A DNA stretch of 64,000 nt from Candidatus Freyarchaeum deiterrae. GTDB taxonomy: Archaea; Asgardarchaeota; Jordiarchaeia; Jordiarchaeales; Jordiarchaeaceae. The notes under the pieces were generated by a model, which was not told the DNA's origin, did no database searches, and was given only the letters and a program-made list of their open reading frames with translations. Each line of letters begins with the position of its first letter. The stretch's first letter is position 1. The position numbers and the translations under genes are program-made. Of this stretch, positions 59,249 to 64,000 are shown in pieces. The stretch covers positions 1,632,001 to 1,696,000 of the forward strand of contig CP147778.1 in assembly GCA_037305845.1 (NCBI GenBank), given 5' to 3'.

Positions 59249-59590
59249 CTATTTTTTAACCAAAAGTATTGCTTTGGCTAGATTTCCGTCTGCTTGTATG
59301 AGTGCCTGCTTTGCTTCTTCCTCTGTTACGTCTGCTTGTTGTGCCACTAGTTGTATATCTGCTTGTGAAATTTCTTTTTCTCTACTTTCCTGCGGCTCTT
59401 TTTCTTGGACGTTTCCAGTAATCTGAAAAACAGTTTGTTTTGCAATCTCGAGTCGGGTGACTTGGGGGGAGCTTATGATTATGTCCTTGTTAGGGCACTT
59501 GATTACCACTTCGCTAGCATTTATCTCTACAGGTTTAATACCCATTTGTTGCATTGCTTTCTTCATTTGTCGTGGATTTACATGACGCAT
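59249..59590 (-). CDS. nac: Nascent polypeptide-associated complex protein
   Basis: NPRQMKKAMQQMGI, C-terminal UBA-like DIQLVAQQA...GNLAKAI. Confidence 0.92.
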   Translation of the reverse strand: MRHVNPRQMKKAMQQMGIKPVEINASEVVIKCPNKDIIISSPQVTRLEIAKQTVFQITGNVQEKEPQESREKEISQADIQLVAQQADVTEEEAKQALIQADGNLAKAILLVKK

Positions 59591-59647
59591 TTAGTAACCT
59601 CCATTCAAATCTACCATTAATTCTTAAACATTTTTTGGGGCAGAGTC

Positions 59648-60127
59648 CTATAATTTGCTAATCCTAATTTTAACAGCAACCCCTGCTTGGAATGCCCGCA
59701 TTTCTTTTTCGCTAAGGATTGCTTTGCCAACTGCTATTAAATTGTCATCAGGGTCTACAACTATCACTTCATCGCCTGGTCTTATATTAGGATCCGCATC
59801 TATAATATGTTTGGCAAATACACTACGCCCTTGTATTATAAAAGGAACTATATCTTTTAAAATTATTACTCTTAATTTTGGTTTTTTAGTGTTTTCTAGT
59901 ATCATTTCTGCTCCTTTAAGATGAAGTGCTATTTTTCCATCGTTTGCACGGATGGTTGCGAGCAAGTTCCCATCAAGATAAACAAATCTAATCTTGCCTG
60001 TTTTTGGTGAATGCGATATGGTAATTTCCCTTGGAAACAGTTTATCTCCGATTCCCGGAAAAAATTGGTAATCCGCAATGCATCGGAGTTTTCTAAGTGT
60101 CTGATACTTCGCCTCAATTGTTTTCAA
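59648..60127 (-). CDS. PUA-domain protein (archaeosine TGT C-terminal-like)
   Basis: IADYQF, SPKTGKIR, GRSVFAKH, IRPGDEV, GVAVKIR. Confidence 0.88.
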   Translation of the reverse strand: MKTIEAKYQTLRKLRCIADYQFFPGIGDKLFPREITISHSPKTGKIRFVYLDGNLLATIRANDGKIALHLKGAEMILENTKKPKLRVIILKDIVPFIIQGRSVFAKHIIDADPNIRPGDEVIVVDPDDNLIAVGKAILSEKEMRAFQAGVAVKIRISKL

Positions 60128-60983
60128 TCAAATTACATCCTTTTGCTCGAACTTCCAAGTCGAAAACCATATGGTCGATGCTTGGGGCGTATTTTTTTAC
60201 TCTTTTAAAATTCAAGCGTTTAATTTTAAAAGATTTCTGTTCGACCATCATTTTTATTATCTTTAACTTTTCTTGTAGTTGCCTCTTTGGAAATGCTTCA
60301 TGGTAGTGTATGATACCGCCGCTTTTTTTAAGGGAATTAAACGCGGTATCTAAATAGTTTTCAGTTCCAGTTACCAAGCCCATAATTACCCTGTCAGCAA
60401 CGCCAACCGGCGCGACTTCTCTGCAATCCCCTAGAATTGGTTCAACTATACCAACAACTTTATTCAATAAAATGTTTACAACTAAATATTTATACGCTTC
60501 AGGATTTATTTCAACTGCATACACTTTAAAAGGTTTAGAATGTACTGCAATTGGAATCGAGAATTGACCTACACATGAAAAAAGATCAACTACTACTTCT
60601 CCTTCTTGTACTAGCTGACCCAATCTTAAACGTTCATTACTATTGCCTGGCGAAAAAAGTATTTTAAATGGATCCAGTTTAAAAACGCAGTGGTTTTCCT
60701 TATAAAGGGTCTCTGTGCTGCCCCCTCCGGCTATTATCTTTAGCTGGGGGATACGCATCTCTCCTTGCGGGGGAGTAAGCTTTCTCGCTACAATTTTCGC
60801 TCGTTTTTCTATTTTAGTGAATTCAACGCCAATTTCATGTTCATAAGGCAAAAGTTCCGGTTTAATATTACAAATTAAAATATCACCTAAAAGTTGCCAA
60901 CAGTGAGGAATAAGATCTAAAAGTTCATCAGGAATAACTGGTTCCAAGAGCTTTTTTAACCGCTTCCAAGAAGGACTTACCAA
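60114..60983 (-). CDS. Trm5/Taw2 (Met-10+) family SAM-dependent tRNA-modifying enzyme
   Basis: FSPGNSNER, DLFSCVGQFS, EINP, ADRVIMG, GIIHYH. Confidence 0.88.
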   Translation of the reverse strand: MVSPSWKRLKKLLEPVIPDELLDLIPHCWQLLGDILICNIKPELLPYEHEIGVEFTKIEKRAKIVARKLTPPQGEMRIPQLKIIAGGGSTETLYKENHCVFKLDPFKILFSPGNSNERLRLGQLVQEGEVVVDLFSCVGQFSIPIAVHSKPFKVYAVEINPEAYKYLVVNILLNKVVGIVEPILGDCREVAPVGVADRVIMGLVTGTENYLDTAFNSLKKSGGIIHYHEAFPKRQLQEKLKIIKMMVEQKSFKIKRLNFKRVKKYAPSIDHMVFDLEVRAKGCNLIENN

Positions 60984-61087
60984 AAGAATCCACCCTGCGA
61001 GAAATTCAACTTAAAAATGAGTTTTGTTTGCCTAAAGTTAAAAATAATTTTTGATTAATAAGGTGAGTCCAATAGTATTTAGATAAG

Positions 61088-62293
61088 TTAAGCATACATT
61101 CCCACTGGGCCTTCTCCACAGGAAATTGCTTTGCCGAGAACCTTTTTTATTGCTTCTTCGAACTCTTTTTGGCTCACGCTTATTTTGTTTTGGCGAATCG
61201 CGAACATACCTGCTTCAGTACAAATTGCTTTAATGTCCGCTCCAGAACAGTTTTCAGTTATTGGAACTAATTTTTTGAAATCAACTTCTTTCTCAACATT
61301 CATCCGCCGTGTATGTATTTTAAAAATATCTAACCTCGCTGTCTCACTAGGCAACGGGAATTCGATTATTCGGTCAAAACGTCCAGGGCGAAGAAGTGCT
61401 GAATCAAGGATGTCTGGGCGGTTTGTAGCTGCAATTACGCGGACTTCACCTCGGACATCAAATCCATCTAAAACGCTTAAGAGTTGCATCAAAGTCCTTT
61501 GAACCTCACGGTCTCCACTAGTGGCGATTTCAAGTCTCTTGCCTCCAATAGCGTCAATTTCATCAAGGAACACTATACTAGGCGATTTATTTTTAGCCAT
61601 CTGAAAAATCTCTCTAACCAGCCTTGCGCCTTCACCGATAAACTTCTGAACCAATTCTGATCCAATAACTCTTATGAAGGTCGCTTTAGTTTCATGGGCT
61701 ACAGCTCTCGCAAGAAGCGTTTTACCCGTACCTGGGGCACCAGTCAAAAGTACTCCTTTCGGAGGGTCTATTCCAACTTTTTCAAATAATTCTGGATGGC
61801 TTAGGGGCAACTCAACGGTTTCTTTCATTTCCCTAATTTGCTCTTCTAATCCACCAATGTCAGCATATGCAACTGGTGGGGCTTCCTCAACCTCCATTCC
61901 TCTAACAAATGGATCTCGAGTTGCTGGCAATATTTCTACCACTGCAAATGTTCTTTGGTTTAAGGCTACTCTCGTTCCTGGCGATAAATCTTTTTCGGGT
62001 ATGCTTTTAGAGACATGAACAACAAAGTGCGGTCCAGTTGAACTTTTTACTACTATCCGATTATCCGTTAGCACGTCTATTATGGTCGCTGCGATTAGAG
62101 GCGGTTGTCTTATTTTGTCAATTTCAGTTCTAAGCGAATGAATTTCACGTTCAAGTCTCATACGCTCCGCATCGAGCCATTGTTTTTCGGTCTCAAGCGC
62201 TCTAAGTCTTTTCTCAATATGCCGTGTATAAGAGAGCAGATAAGACGTATCAGAATTGTAAACATGTTTTCCCGAATCAGTAGAATCTGGCAA
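61088..62293 (-). CDS. pan: Proteasome-activating nucleotidase
   Basis: Coiled coil plus [26 protein letters not shown]-terminal HbYX (MYA). Confidence 0.96.
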   Translation of the reverse strand: MPDSTDSGKHVYNSDTSYLLSYTRHIEKRLRALETEKQWLDAERMRLEREIHSLRTEIDKIRQPPLIAATIIDVLTDNRIVVKSSTGPHFVVHVSKSIPEKDLSPGTRVALNQRTFAVVEILPATRDPFVRGMEVEEAPPVAYADIGGLEEQIREMKETVELPLSHPELFEKVGIDPPKGVLLTGAPGTGKTLLARAVAHETKATFIRVIGSELVQKFIGEGARLVREIFQMAKNKSPSIVFLDEIDAIGGKRLEIATSGDREVQRTLMQLLSVLDGFDVRGEVRVIAATNRPDILDSALLRPGRFDRIIEFPLPSETARLDIFKIHTRRMNVEKEVDFKKLVPITENCSGADIKAICTEAGMFAIRQNKISVSQKEFEEAIKKVLGKAISCGEGPVGMYA

Positions 62294-62629
62294 TAGACTA
62301 CCTCCAAGTTGACATTAACCTTCCAAATATATTTAATATTTTTGGTAAATTCAAGAATTCCAGGTACTTTTTTCCCAATATTATCCCCAAATAAATAAAT
62401 ACAAGAGTATTTTTTGCTCGTTTAATATATATTAAATTTACAGAAAAATATTATTAAATAATTTTAGAAATAAAAAAAAGATGTTAATTAAAACCTGTTT
62501 TTGTATACTTAAAACTAGTCTATAGTTATACTAACTCTCAGTGAATGTATGGCTCTAGTTAAAGTCATGATTCCATAACATACTTTATTATACAGTATTC
62601 CTATAATTATTTTAGAGGAGGCCTTATTC

Positions 62630-63166
62630 TTGTTGTGTGAGGTCTGTGGTCAAAAGATAATAGGAAAAGGCAAATACGTGAATATCGAAGGTGCTAATCT
62701 AATTGTTTGTGAAAACTGTGAACGGTTTGGAGATTCTTCAAGGATATCAGTTACACGCCCTCCAAAGCCCAAAATAAATAAAATTACTAGCCCCCCAAAA
62801 ATTATGACGCTTAAAAAACCTAAGACCAAAAGTTTTGTTAAAAAAGATTTCCTTCCGAATTCCTATGAATTAGTAGATGATTATATGGACAAAATTCGAA
62901 AAGCTCGAGAAGAAAAGGGTTTATCTCATGAAGAATTAGCAAAGAAAATCAATGAGAGAGTTTCCATTATAAAGAAAATAGAAACAGGCAAAATGTACCC
63001 ATCTGAAAAAATAATCAGGAAACTGGAAAAAGAACTTCAAATTGATATTTATACTCCTCTAGATTCTAAGGATGAAGCTGTCGGGACCAAGGAAGATCGT
63101 AAAGGGTTAACATTAGGTGATGTTGTTAACATTAAAAAGAAAAATAGCAACAATATACAACAGTAA
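62630..63166 (+). CDS. Multiprotein bridging factor aMBF1
   Basis: CEVCG...VCENC zinc ribbon, HTH, TLGD. Confidence 0.9.
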   Translation: MLCEVCGQKIIGKGKYVNIEGANLIVCENCERFGDSSRISVTRPPKPKINKITSPPKIMTLKKPKTKSFVKKDFLPNSYELVDDYMDKIRKAREEKGLSHEELAKKINERVSIIKKIETGKMYPSEKIIRKLEKELQIDIYTPLDSKDEAVGTKEDRKGLTLGDVVNIKKKNSNNIQQ

Positions 63167-63326
63167 GCTGCTTATCAAGCGGGATCTAATTTCTAAAAAA
63201 TGAATTATAAAACTTATCTTAAGCAATAGAAGTAAAAAATATTATTGACTATTTATATACAATATCTAAGAAACACATTAAAAAACTGGTTCCTTAACTG
63301 TCCTTCTGTTTCTGAGGTTTTCAAAT

Positions 63327-63920
63327 ATGGAAAAGGCATCAAACAATTATACTTCTGATTCAAATCTTGTTGCAAATACATCAAAGACATCAAAACAAAA
63401 ATTATTTGCTTTAAGATTAGATCATCGTCCTCACAGAGACATGCGTGTGTCGACCCATATCGCGCTCGTTGCAAGAGCTTTTGGTATGGACGGCATCTTT
63501 TTTAGTGGCGTTCCTGATACAAAATTACGCGAAAAAATTAACGAGGTTAGCAAAAACTTTGGAGGCGATTTTTTAATAAAAACCGGTTGTGAGTGGAAAA
63601 AAGTTATAAAAGATTGGCAAGCACAAGGAGGAGAAATAATTCATCTCACAATGTATGGACTGCCTCTTCCAGAAGTTATTGAAAAAATTGTCAAATCATC
63701 AAAAGATAAGCTAATAGTGGTAGGCGGACCAAAGGTCCCAAGTGAATTTTATTCTATTGCAAACTATAACGTATCTATAACTAATCAACCACATTCAGAA
63801 ATAGCTGCACTGGCGGTTTTTCTAGATTATTATAGTAAAGGAAATGAATTTAATTTAGAATTTAAAAATGCGAAATTAAAAATAATTCCATGCGAAAGGG
63901 GGAAAAAATTCGCAACTTGA
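63327..63920 (+). CDS. trm56: tRNA (cytidine56-2'-O)-methyltransferase
   Basis: LRLDHRPHRDMRVSTH, HLTMYG, NQPHSEIAAL. Confidence 0.93.
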   Translation: MEKASNNYTSDSNLVANTSKTSKQKLFALRLDHRPHRDMRVSTHIALVARAFGMDGIFFSGVPDTKLREKINEVSKNFGGDFLIKTGCEWKKVIKDWQAQGGEIIHLTMYGLPLPEVIEKIVKSSKDKLIVVGGPKVPSEFYSIANYNVSITNQPHSEIAALAVFLDYYSKGNEFNLEFKNAKLKIIPCERGKKFAT

Positions 63921-64000
63921 AGTATCAATTTTCTTTTTAATAAAACTTAAAGAGGAGCTTGGAAAATCATTTCATGAAAGCTTTGATACTTTTGGGAAGA

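Overview
Core chromosomal region of a low-GC archaeon. An Arf-like small GTPase together with the TACK-like gene set suggests an Asgard lineage (inference). It contains a replication origin (DP1, cdc6, three ORB elements), two more cdc6 paralogues, the conserved PCNA-PriL-PriS-GINS-L44e-S27e-aIF2a-Nop10 cluster, other translation, transcription and RNA-modification genes, three tRNAs and the SRP RNA. Two unexpected systems stand out. (1) Short (28-36 nt) bulge-helix-bulge (BHB) introns have spread beyond tRNAs: eight sit in three tRNAs (seven at non-canonical positions), one sits in helix 8 of the SRP RNA, and one stop-containing 30-nt intron splits the conserved AED/LP motif of the protein-coding gene ppsA. 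(2) About ten arrays of GATATC-like hexamers with a ~13-bp period occur only around oriC (4.7-16.1 kb), centred on an uncharacterised AAA+ ATPase plus ribbon-helix-helix gene pair, a candidate centromere-like segregation or origin-control system. Other observations: a U-UUU-UUA frameshift in a PhoU/AbrB regulator, a Cas2/VapD-like ORF flanked by palindromes inside the origin, and a degenerate-zincin plus dCTP deaminase cassette. All counts and folds were done by eye.
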